Source: Catajapyx aquilonaris
Taxonomy: Eukaryota
Direction: 5' to 3'
DNA: 20,145 nt
Assembly (NCBI GenBank): GCA_000934665.2
Contig: JYFJ02001358.1
Location: 62,001 to 82,145 of the forward strand
Notes under the pieces: generated by a model
What the model was told of the DNA's origin: nothing
The model's input: only the letters and a program-made list of their open reading frames with translations
Database searches by the model: none
Part shown: piece by piece, positions 1-10,200 of the stretch
Numbering within the stretch: position 1 is the first letter of the stretch
Layout of the letters: every line of letters starts with the position of its first letter
Made by a program: the position numbers and the translations under genes

Positions 1-909
1 GCTTTAGCCCAGGCGTACCCTGTCTTCCTCTTTTCCTAACTCTGCCCCCGATCTATCTCTATCTGTCTTGTGTACGTAGGCGCTGCATGTGGACCGAGTA
101 CTCGTGAGGTCAGTAGGTTTAGAGTGGTCGTTGAGTACACCTTTTTGCATGCTCTTTTTCCGCTGCTCTCTAGACATCCTCCGTCGTACCTTTTTTTTTT
201 TTTGGTTGTGCCGTTTGACCTAGGTTGAACCCGCCCCAACCCTCGACCCCCTATCCTCCGTGGAGAAAGAAGAAGAGCAAGAAACAAATCAACCAAGAAG
301 AGCCTTTTGCCCCCCCCCCTAATCAACCCCCTTTAAAAAAAAAACTTTTAATTAGTAACCAAAAAAAGAGAAACGATCTCTCTACCAGGACTGACTCCCC
401 CCCCCAAAACCTCACCCCCGCCCTCCCCCTCAAAAAAAAATATATTCCAACGTTCATTAACTTTCCACCAATAATAAAAAAAAGATGTGTATTTTCTGGA
501 TAAGCGATGTTGTTACATTATGGGTGGCGGGAGTGGGTCACGGCCATGTGATTTTCCGGCGTCTCTTCGTGTCCGTGTCCTCCGTCCGCACCTGCAAATT
601 AGCACGTTGTCGATTACTTCTCGCGGGATAGAACAGCTTGGGTGGAATTTTAGTCCCACTACTAGTTACTGCTGACGTAGCAGTACCAGAGTAATCATCC
701 CGAACACTGCTGCTGCTAAGCAGTGGGAGAAAAATTCCACCCCTTTGTCATTTTGACCCTGGTGCTAGAGTCTAATTAAATAATGAAGCTGCGTTTGCAT
801 GCGAGTGATTTATCAGTGTGGTGGTAACAATAAATTTTCGCACCTAACAATTGGTTGTGCAACGATGTATGTACATGGCTGATGAATCGCTTGCATGTAA
901 ATTCGGCTG

Positions 910-1495
910 TTAACAGGACACGTTGCGTACGGATTCATTTTGTGTTGGGGAGGCTTTTCTCTTTGTAGCGGACTCTGGCTTGGGCGAGGAGTGTCTCCGG
1001 GGCCTGCCGTTGGACGGCTTGGCGGCCACCTGCGCCGCCTTCCTCCTCCTGGGAGCGCCGCCCCTCTGCAGCCTGGTGAGTACCTTCCCGCTCCTGTTGC
1101 TGCGGTAGTGCCTCTGCGGAAGGGGACGCACGATGCGGGTGAAGAGGGAGACCAGGGCCTCCTTGCTGCAGCTGTCTGCCACCCTCACACCTCTCTGCAG
1201 GAGGGGGAAAGATGAACGGTCGTTTCCCCCAACAAGACCAGAGAGCCCCATGCTTCTTATTAGTCGGACAGACCTGTGCGAGGGCATCTCTGAGTTGCTC
1301 CACTTGGAGAAGCTCCGGTTGCAGCATCTGAGCGGGAGTCAGCCCTGCCTCCTTCCCTTCCTCCCCATCCTGCCCATCCTTCCTCCTCTTCCTAGTGCTT
1401 CCCTCGGGAGCTGCAGGACTCCTCCTTCCCTTCAGACAGAGCCTTTCTTCTTCTTCCCTCGCGCTGATCTTCTCTTCCGCCGTGTGGGCCGCCAT
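910..1495 (-). CDS. C2orf49: Ashwin family protein (tRNA-splicing ligase complex accessory subunit), 2 exons, ~168 aa
   Basis: Exon 1 1495-1274 (74 codons, ends ...DALAQ). Phase-0 intron 1273-1195 (79 bp, GTCTGT...TTTCCCCCTCCTGCAG). Exon 2 1194-910. The spliced product MLQPELLQVEQLRDALAQRGVRVADSCSKEALVSLFTRIVRPLPQRHYRSNRSGKVLTRLQ matches the Ashwin signature as I recall it (LLHPELL...PLPQR...NRxGK). It joins ORFs 935..1495 and 910..1287. The 3' end could be spliced differently. Confidence 0.85.
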
Positions 1496-1584
1496 CTTGG
1501 ATTACAGCACGCGGGGGGGGGCCGGGAATAGCGTCGCAGCTCAATTGGAAGTTTACACGGTCCAGTCGCGGTGGGGGCTACAGA

Positions 1585-1706
1585 CCAATCAGGTGTGGGG
1601 CTGGTCCGATGGGACCAATGGGAGCGCGAGGGAGGCCAGCACGCAGGCGCAGTGAGGAGGACGTGGAAGGATTCAAAAAAAAAAAAAAAAAGGCGCCAGG
1701 TTTGAA
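1585..1706. promoter_or_regulatory. Putative Ashwin promoter: two CCAAT boxes, poly(dA) tract, E2F/CHR-like element
   Basis: GACCAATC (CCAAT 1585-1589) and GACCAATG (CCAAT 1615-1619) are 30 bp apart. A17 tract at 1675-1691, then GGCGCCAGGTTTGAA at 1692-1706. All lie 90-210 bp upstream of the ATG in GC-rich sequence. The start codon itself sits in a YY1/Pho-type CAAGATGGCGGC. Confidence 0.5.
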
Positions 1707-1750
1707 CTAGTGCATTCGAATAACAATGAGGTCAATTAATAACCCACCTT

Positions 1751-3052
1751 ATTAATTTCCATGCGCCGTGGGCGATAACGAATTGCCATACATTTTGGCT
1801 GCTGCTCGGCGTTCGAACCTGATGTGACTTGCACCTCGACTTGCACTCACTGGCTGGCTTTCCAAACTGATGGGATCACCCTCTGTAAGTGATGTAGTGT
1901 TATCTAGTAGACTCGAGCTGGGTGGAGTGTTCATTTCCGATGGGTGTCTGAGGAATGCGTTGAGTGCATATGGCACACGGTAATGATAAGCAGAGTGCAC
2001 AAAAGGTGTTATGCGCAGGAAACTTGATGGCTTTCCAGCAGAGAGGGCACACTTCATTTTCACATTTCGTATCAGTAAAAGCAAATAAAATTATCATTAC
2101 CCACAATATATGCAAATATAGACATAACTGTGCAATCAAAAATCCAATCTCAAGCAAAGGAGAGAGCCGACGAGAGACCTCACTTTGTTCAGTCAATATA
2201 ACAGCTGTACAACTCTCAACGTGAATGTTCTATTAACACACACCTCAATATGAAATGCCAGGCACTGTCGAGCTGGTAGGGCACGGGAAGGGTGCAGAGG
2301 CGGGTAAAGGAGAAATATACAGGGTGTCCACAATGAACCTCCCTATAGTTTCAACTTGCTACTACTACGTCAGTTACTGGACCATGAAATGATACAAATG
2401 AGAAGGTACGCTCCAAAGGTGGACTCATCAAGTTTATGTAAAGAAATCAGCAGCCTTCAAAGTGTGCTCCTTTCGTAGCAAGCACAATTTTAAGCCGAAA
2501 ATCCTCCTCCCTCGAGGTTCTCCAGCATGTCAGGGGCGATGGATCATTATTTGGGCTGTCCACTTTAGTAGCATAGACTATGTCTTGGAATTGTGGAAAG
2601 GTGAAATGTTCTGTGATCAAATTAAGTTCAGCTAACCGTCATACAACTTGCATTTTCCCCTCTCTAGAAGCTATCCGACAGCATCCTCCACAGGAGCACC
2701 ACCGCATCACATAGGCTAGGAAGGTGGCGGCCTGTTCCAAAAATTCAGGATGAAACTTGATGAGTCTCCAGACTGTTTAAACAACCAAAACCTTACAATA
2801 TACTTCCGCATTTCCAATTATTTTTTTGACCACACTTTGAAACTAGGGAGGTTCATTGTGGACACCCTGTATTCATCTTACTAATTTTCCATACAAATCC
2901 TATTTATTTACATAATTCAGTCCAAAGTATATCATTATGCATACTGAAAAACACCTGAAAAAATCACTTTGCAATTCCTTCAATAGCTTTGCATACATGA
3001 CATTAATTTCCATGCGGTTGCACTGTGGGCGATAACGAATTGCCATCCATTT
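1751..3052 (+). repeat. Dispersed ~45-50 bp direct repeat pair (1751-1795 and 3002-3052)
   Basis: ATTAATTTCCATGCG...GTGGGCGATAACGAATTGCCAT.CATTT occurs at both sites, with a short indel in the middle. Confidence 0.75.
2320..2869 (-). mobile_element. Internally deleted Tc1/mariner-superfamily element (550 bp, MITE-like)
   Basis: Perfect 26-bp TIRs CAGGGTGTCCACAATGAACCTCCCTA at 2320-2345 and 2844-2869. TA on both flanks (2318-2319, 2870-2871). A symmetric subterminal inverted 14-mer GACTCATCAAGTTT lies at 2422-2435 and 2753-2766. A frameshifted minus-strand remnant at ~2453-2545 (IAPDMLENL.../EDFRLKIVLATKGAHFEG) resembles a Tc1/mariner transposase C-terminus. Confidence 0.9.
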
Positions 3053-3249
3053 CCCGTCCTTCTCGTTGTTGCACTCTCACTAGCTTACAGTGTTGGCTGT
3101 TGTACTGCTTACTTAGCAATATCTATCAGTGGGACGAATAAGTAGCCCATTTGTTTTTGTTTGGGAATAGGAAGTGGGGACGGCTGCAAATGAGACCAAA
3201 CGGTGGTGTAAACATTAAAATAGTGCCTGTATTTTAACATGCATACACC

Positions 3250-3450
3250 TGACATATCGTGGTTTTGTAGCAGGATAATGGACATGATGTTACATCACAA
3301 TAATATACTGTATGTACGCCATTTAAAGTTGTGACATCACACCCACATTCAGGTTATTTGTAATCCATTTAAAACATAACGATGACATCGCACCCATGTT
3401 ATGTACGCCACTTAAACATAATATTGTGACAACACACCCATATTCCGGTC
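3250..3450. repeat. Degenerate short tandem-like repeats
   Basis: Recurring GACATCACACCCA / GACATCGCACCCA / GACAACACACCCA, and TATGTACGCCA(T/C)TTAAA about 90 bp apart. Confidence 0.5.
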
Positions 3451-4107
3451 AAAGTGGTAATACTGTTTTGTCTAGTTAATATTGTAGAGCTAAACAAACC
3501 CAGCGACTTGCCAATTTTCAGATGACATACTTCCCTTTAATTTACACTTTCTATGACCACAGTTCTTTGCAATATGCTAAATATAGTAACGGGTATTTTT
3601 AAAATGTCACACGCGATATGCCATTATTTTCTCCGTCTATCCGTTTACAAGTTAAGTGATAACGTCTGTAATTCATCCATAACCATGCTCTATCCAACGT
3701 GACACTTTCATTATTAACATGCAACCACATTAATATCATCAACAGATTCAACACACTGTATGTTCACAAGTATGATCAAATATTATCCCTTACTATAACA
3801 TGTGGGGGATATATGAACCCACCCCATTAACTTTATTCCGAGTACAAACGGACATAAATATAATTATTATGTATTATGGCAGAAAAACATGTAGAAGATG
3901 AGAAGCCCAACGGAAGATGACAGATTTGGCGTCTGAGACTTGGAGCAAGGCTGTGAACACCACGTCCAATGTCTTCCTCCGACATGCAGACGTACGGAAA
4001 TCAAAAGGGACAGCGGGTATGAGAAGTCGGCGGTCTTGATCCTCCTGCATTAAAGACAAGACGAAGTTAATCTACGTGAATAAAATGGGGGACGTGAAAC
4101 GAACCTT

Positions 4108-5494
4108 TCATCGCACTGGCGGCTTCCAAATGACCCGAAGCCCTGGCCTGACGACCAGGAACCCAGCTTCGTCCACCTCGTCCAGTCCAAGGCCACACAC
4201 AAACAATCTCTTCAGGTGGGGCAATCCCATGACGATCCTCTCCACTGCCTTCACCGTGACCTGGGTCTCGCTCAGGTGGAGGTGGGTCAGGTTGCGGCAG
4301 TGGGCCACAATGGCGTTGGCCACAGAATCATCCACCCCGTTCACGTAGCACAGCACCAGTTTCTGAAGTCGGCCAACCGTGGCGGAAGTAGAGAAGAAGG
4401 TGACTAGTGCCTCGGAGCTCAGCCGACGTGCCCTTCCGCTTATGGCGAGTTGCTTCAGGTGCCTCAGGCTGCCAACGTCATCCAGGAGGCTTCTGTCGCT
4501 TATTCTGTGCGGGGAGAGAAGGATCAGTCCTTGCAGATTCGGGCACCTCTGCACCAGCTGGTAGGACTCCTCCTCCTGAAACGGACCCACGGCCAGTTCC
4601 CGCAGGCGCCAACCGCAATGGTCGACGACAGCCTGAATCTCCGCATCGCAGGAGGGCTTTGGGTAGTAAAAGGTTCTGAGGGAAGCGTAGCCCGTGACTA
4701 CACCCAGAGCCGCTTCAGGGCTCTCAGTCACATTGCGGTCAACCCGGACAGACACAGTGTGCAGCTTTGAACACACCGAGAGAGTGTCGATCAGATGCTT
4801 GCTTCCCTCTGGTTGATTGAAGTTATGGAAAAGGACTCGCTCCAGGTTCTCGCACCTCTTGGCAAAATTGACCATCGTGTCCTTGCGCCTTGTGGTAATG
4901 TGATTCATGACCAGGAACTTGAAATCGGGGCAGCTTTCCGCCACGGCATCCAGCAAGTCATCAGGATTGGCACAGTGCTCAATCCACAGCATCCTGAGCA
5001 TGGACATCTTCCTGGCCAAAGCGGCTGCTTCCTCCCGTCCCACTTCCTCCCCGGTGAGATGCAGGCACTTCCACACCCCGGGGTCGCCCGACAGTCTGTG
5101 CCATTCCGCGCACACAAGCGGCGTCCGCAGCAGCTTGTCTTTAACGGACAGGTAGGTGAAGATCTTCAGCTTCAACTCGGTTGGAAGCCCCGGGAACGTC
5201 AGTCTTGCGTCCTGTGGATGTCAACACGGGTCAGATAATGGGGGTGCGGCTGTGCCAACTTACATCAGGTGCCTCCTGCTGCTGCTCCTGTTCCATGGGC
5301 TCTTCCTGCGGGGCATCCTCCTGGTCCTTGCTGCTCCCCATTCCAGCAGCCTCCGGTCCATTGTCCTCCGCAGCAGCCGCCTTCCTCCTCCTGCTGGGTC
5401 CGTACGTGATGACCCCCTTCCACTTCCCGCTGCCCGCTGGAGTCCGACGCTGGTGGCGGTGGCGGCGACGTCGACGGCGTCGTTCGGGAGCCAT
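4108..5494 (-). CDS. F-box/leucine-rich-repeat (FBXL-type) protein, 2 exons, ~444 aa
   Basis: Exon 1 5494-5264 (77 codons; Arg-rich NLS-like start MAPERRRRRRRH). Phase-0 intron 5263-5212 (52 bp, GTAAGT...CCACAG). Exon 2 5211-4108. F-box FPGLPTELKLKIFTYLSVKDKLLRTPLVCAEWHRLSGDPGVW is followed by cysteine-containing LRRs (CENLERVLF, CSKLHTVSV, CPNLQGLIL, CRNLTHLHLSETQVT, LPHLKRLFV). Candidate AATAAA on the minus strand at 3837-3832. Confidence 0.92.
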
Positions 5495-5703
5495 CTTGGA
5501 ACGGCTGGCGTCGCTCGACAAGGCAAAGGGGGTGGGTGGGTGGAATTAATCGGGCGCGTTCCCACCGCCGCATCCCCCAGATCGCGATTGGACGGTGCTG
5601 CCATCTGCCGAGTCAGCAGTTGGCAGGGGTCGGAACGCACCTGATGCGCAGTTGCCACATCGGCCTCCACCACACACAGTTGCCACATCATTTTCCAGCA
5701 ACA
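5495..5703. promoter_or_regulatory. Putative bidirectional promoter/5'UTR region between the FBXL and Tc1-derived genes
   Basis: Only 209 bp separate the two divergent ATGs. The region is CpG-rich, has an inverted CCAAT (GATTGG ~5586-5591), and carries a 13-bp direct repeat CAGTTGCCACATC at 5649-5661 and 5677-5689. Confidence 0.6.
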
Positions 5704-6991
5704 ATGCCGAAGCCTTACAGCGAGGATCTGAGGAGAAGGATCATCGGTACGTACCCCGAGCCTGCCATTGTCTTGTCATGAGCCATTGGGCATTGTTGCA
5801 GCGCTGTGTCGGAAGGGGCTGAGCTCGAGGGAGGTTGCGGCGCAGCTGCTGGTGAGCAAGTCCACGGTCAACACCATCTACTCCAGGGTCGCTGGGAGTG
5901 GGGATGCGGATGATGAGGAGGTTCTGCAGAAGGCTGTGGCCACACGGTACAAGGGAAGGTGCGGTCGATGGACAGGGAATGTCCGGCAGGCGGTGTCTTG
6001 TCAAAATGTTGTTCCGTCAGGTGCGGACGACCTCGATCGACCACCAGACTGGAGGACGCGCAGATTGCTGAGATGGGCCAGTTGGATGACCTGCCGTCCG
6101 CACCGGCCATCAGGCGAGACCTGGATTTGCAAGGGGTTGTGTCCGCACAGACCATACGCAACAGGCTGCGTGAACTCCGGCAGCGTTCGCGAACGCCCAC
6201 TCAGAAACCCACGTTGACCGAGGACAACAAGCGGGACCGCCTGCACTTTTGCCGTAATTTTAAAGCACCCTGCTTTCTAAAACCAGAGCCAGTTTACAAG
6301 TTCTGCTTCTCTTAGAGCAATACCAGTCATGGACTGCGGCCGATTGGGAGTCGGTTGTGTTCATGGATGAGTCGACAGTGGAGCTGGGCTGCTGGGGAGG
6401 TGAGATGCGCGTCTGGCCGCTTCCAGGAGACGATTCGCAGAGCATCCAGCTTGTGCAGGAAAGCGGCAAGTTTTCCATGGGTGTCCTCTCCTGGATGTCC
6501 ATCAACACACTGGGACCACTCCTGCCCGTGGGCGGACATACGAGGGCTGCGAATTATGTGAAGATGCTGGAAAGGGATATGCTGCCCTGGCTGGAGCAGG
6601 AGTATCCAGACGGGTGTTTTTACTTGGTCCGCGGTTGTTCTTCCATCCGCAGCAATCATGTGGCTCAATGGGTAATTTAATTCCGGACGTTAAGCTGAGC
6701 TAATAAATTGAACGGCTGAACCGATTTCAGTTGGAGCGAAACCCCAGCCTCATCTTCCTAGAGTGGCCTTCAAAAGACATGGACCTGAATCCGATCCAGC
6801 ATATTTGGCATCTGCTTAAGAAGCGGCTGTTGGGCCTGCGGTTTGCCAGCGAGGAAACCTTGTGGACCGCTATTCAAGAGCAGTGGTTCATCTTGCAACA
6901 GGACCCCTTAACAGTGCAATACCTGGTTGAGAGCATGCCCCGGAGGTTGGAAGAGGTGGTACGGAGAAAAGGAGGCTGGAGCCACTATTAA
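5704..6991 (+). CDS. Tc1-family transposase-derived protein, 5 exons, 349 aa, catalytic triad degenerate (candidate domesticated transposase)
   Basis: Exons 5704-5746, 5802-5958, 6021-6253, 6316-6671 and 6731-6991 total 1050 nt and are open throughout. Four GT-AG introns of 55, 62, 62 and 59 bp. HTH (GLSSREVAAQLLVSKSTVNTI), GRPR linker, second HTH (VSAQTIRNRL...QKPTLT), WESVVFMDES, WPSKDMDLNPIQHIW and terminal ESMPRRLEEVVRRKGGWSHY are all Tc1 hallmarks. Confidence 0.9.
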
Positions 6992-7229
6992 AATGGTCAA
7001 GTTATGCCGCAGTGATTCTCATTTCCTGAACCATCCAAAGAGGGGAATGTTTTTCAAAAAAAGGACACCTTCCCTGCTTCCCATTTGGTCCGAAGAGGGA
7101 GCCTCTGTTCCCTCCTCAGTTCAAAGATGGCCGCATCCTTGCCACCCGCTCTATTGCCACCCTTCAGGTGACGTTTCGGGTCCTGTCTCGCTCATTCCCT
7201 CCAGTTGAAGTTGTAACGACCAGATAAGG

Positions 7230-10200
7230 ATGTCCCCTCCGACTGGGCCTGGGGCAGGATCTCATGCCAACTGGAGGCCGCTGCTGGACCAGGAGGGCGT
7301 GAGGAGGTGGTGGACCACCACCATAGAAAAGGAGGACGAGCTGGGATGGGGGTTCACCAAGGAGGCACTGGAAGAACAGAAGAGGCAGAAGCCCCCGGTC
7401 AAACTCAGGCGCAGGTGGAAGGAAAACGCGCAGAGAGTCATGCCCACTGTACGTTGTGTGTAGCGCACTTTTGATAGGCTCAGGTTTGAAGATCAATTAC
7501 GTTATGCCCACACACACTCGTTTTCTTTCAAGCCCCAAGAGGAGCTGAAGACTATACCGGGGAAGCTAGCCCTCTGCCTGTTCTGCGGGTTTCGGAGTAG
7601 CATTGTTAATCGGTGCCAGCGATGTCGTCACAAGCTGCCGGACGATGTGAAACTGTTGGATGGAATAGGGATGTATCCTGGGGTCAGCTACATCATGGCC
7701 CGACAACAGGAGAGGGTGAGATACAACTCCCCGTCTGGATCGCCCACACCCATAGTGGTCACCTCCAACACCACTATTCCAGGAGGGGCAGCCATGCTCC
7801 CATTTACCAAGGACCGACTTGACTCAAAGGACCGTGTTCACCAGCGAGTCTTGCTCACTGTACGTTGTAGCAGATTAAGGCGCACTTTTGATAGGCTCAG
7901 GTGTGAAGATTAATTATGTCATGCACACTAGTTTCCTGTCAGGGCCCAAGAGGAGCTGAAAACTATACCGGGGAAGCTAGCCCTCTGCGTGTTCTGCGGG
8001 TTTCGGAGTAGCATTGTCAATCGGTGCCAGCGATGTCGGCGCAAACTGCCGGACGATGTGCAACTGTTGGATGAGAAGGAGGGCCAGAAGGGGATGCATG
8101 CTGGGGTCAGCTACGTCATGTCACGACAGCAGAACAGGGTTGGGCAGAACTCACTGTCTGGATCGCCCACACCCAGAGTGGTCACCTCCAGCACCACTAT
8201 TCCAGGAGGGGCAGCCACGCTCCCATTTGCCAAGGACCGATTTGACTCAAAGGACCATGTTCACCTCAACATGGCCTTGCGACAGGGAGGAACGGCCCAG
8301 AGGGGGGGAAGGCAGCGGAGAATCTTTGACAAATCAGGTGAGTCCGCATGGTCAGCTTGCTCCCATGGCTTGTAGCTCGCTTTACAAACACTGCAGCACT
8401 CCCCACTAACTAATCTATTGGTATTTCCGTGCCACAGAAAATTTGAACTTATTCTGCACCATGCTTTGGGAAGGTGGCTATTTCATACTACATACTAGAA
8501 AATCCCTCGCTACACTATAGCCTAGGCGTAGAAAACTCGCTTTTTTCTAGGCCTGCGGCATGCAGTGCCCAGCATATTTTAAATTGCTTTGGACTTATAG
8601 CCAGTGGTGATGCCCATCCCCCAATAATATGCATACCCCCCACCCAACCTGTTCCTGCATGCATTCACATATCACATCCGTGATTCCGTACCCTGCGACC
8701 CATCTGCAATCCCACTTTTGCATTGGGAGGGAAGTATGCATTTGCCAAATACTTTTTTAATGTTTAAAAAACCCCAATCGTTGTATTAACAGAAATGAAC
8801 AACCTCTACCACCTCTACTCGCATGCACTTGCGTGGGTATCAAACTGATATGCTGCAGACTTTCCCACCACGTTTTTCGAACTGCTCATAACTCCCCTTT
8901 GTTCTAAACGTCCATGGAACTCTGCAGTGTTTGTAGCAGACGATCAAAAACTGACGTCAGTCTCCCCGACACTTTCTTTTGACATTCTCGACCTATCCCA
9001 GCATGTATGCATGGCAGTGTGCATTTTCTTGAGATTTGCTTCCATGCAGCATGTGTCGAGAAAGAGGAGGGGAAATTGAAAAGCAGGTTTCATCTTCCTG
9101 CGTAATTCTTCCTGAGCTAGTGCAGCAAAAAATGTCAACATTTTGGAGCTAATTTCACCGATAACAACTGGTTCAAAGGAATTCATGACCAGAAGAGTTT
9201 TGTAAACCACCGGGAAAGCAGGAGAGTGTCAAGGATGTTCAGGCGATGCCTGAGGCTTATTTACGTTCAGCCTGATTAATTATCTGTCTCAATTTCAAAC
9301 AGCTAGGCGTAATGACCAAACTTAATTTCAAGTCAGAATGTGGGAGGAGGTTAATAGTTCGCAACATGTTACCATAGTGCAAGCCACTCGTGCCACTCCC
9401 AAAATAGATCAGGAGCATTGGCATTTGCTTGCCAATAGATAAACAGACAGAGTCATGGCATTTTGAAAGACTTCTGATGAATTTAGTGATGCGGAAAGGA
9501 TCAGACACAACTCAAGAGTTGCCGAAGAACACTTCAGTTTATCAGTAGTCATTCAGTCCCAAATGTTGATTGGACCTGAAATTACGTGGGCAAGCAATGT
9601 GATCACTAATTTTGAAATGTGCTTAATGTATGTCTGTTGAATGTTTGCATAGTTGGGCAAAATTCTGCTGCAAATGTGTTGGGTGATTTGGCTGCCTTTT
9701 TGTTCTGTCCTGATATGCATCGTTTCACTTGTTGCATCTCTGTAATACCTGTTGTTATCCTATGAATAGCTGGCCAACAAGTATTGAACCCAGAGTCGAA
9801 CTGGCGGCATGAGAAGGAGCCCATCATCTTCTCTGACTCGGAGGAGGAGAGCAAGAGTTCCATCGAGGGAGGCGGGAGAGGGGACCAGTGCAACAACCAC
9901 ACTGCAGCAGCATCGGCCGTGTCCGTTCAACCACCACCCCTGCCCTTGCAGCAGCCTCCCTCCAACCTGCCAACCATCAACGCCAGCGACATGGACACCA
10001 CTGACGGGAACTTCACCATGATTAAATGCCGCAGCGTCAGGATTGGGTCGTACAAGGTCATGCCCCTCGACAAGGTCCTCTTCAACACCACTGGCATTCA
10101 AATCACTGTCCCCGGGATTAAAAACAGTGAGTTTAAATACGTCTCAAATCTTGGTAACCAGAATTACCCCCATCATGGTAACCACACTGGAACAGTGCTG

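Noticed and set aside
1..485. ORFs 36..326 and 225..503 in homopolymer-rich A/C/T sequence
   Set aside because: The Pro/Lys-rich translations arise from homopolymer runs and show no domain. The stretch looks like low-complexity or low-quality consensus.
5617..5689. CAGTTG-starting motifs as a possible left TIR of the Tc1-like gene
   Set aside because: They are not preceded by TA, and I found no reverse-complement partner downstream of the stop codon.
5704..6991. Reading the Tc1 region as a frameshifted pseudogene
   Set aside because: Every frame change coincides with a GT-AG intron of typical size, and splicing restores a full-length ORF.
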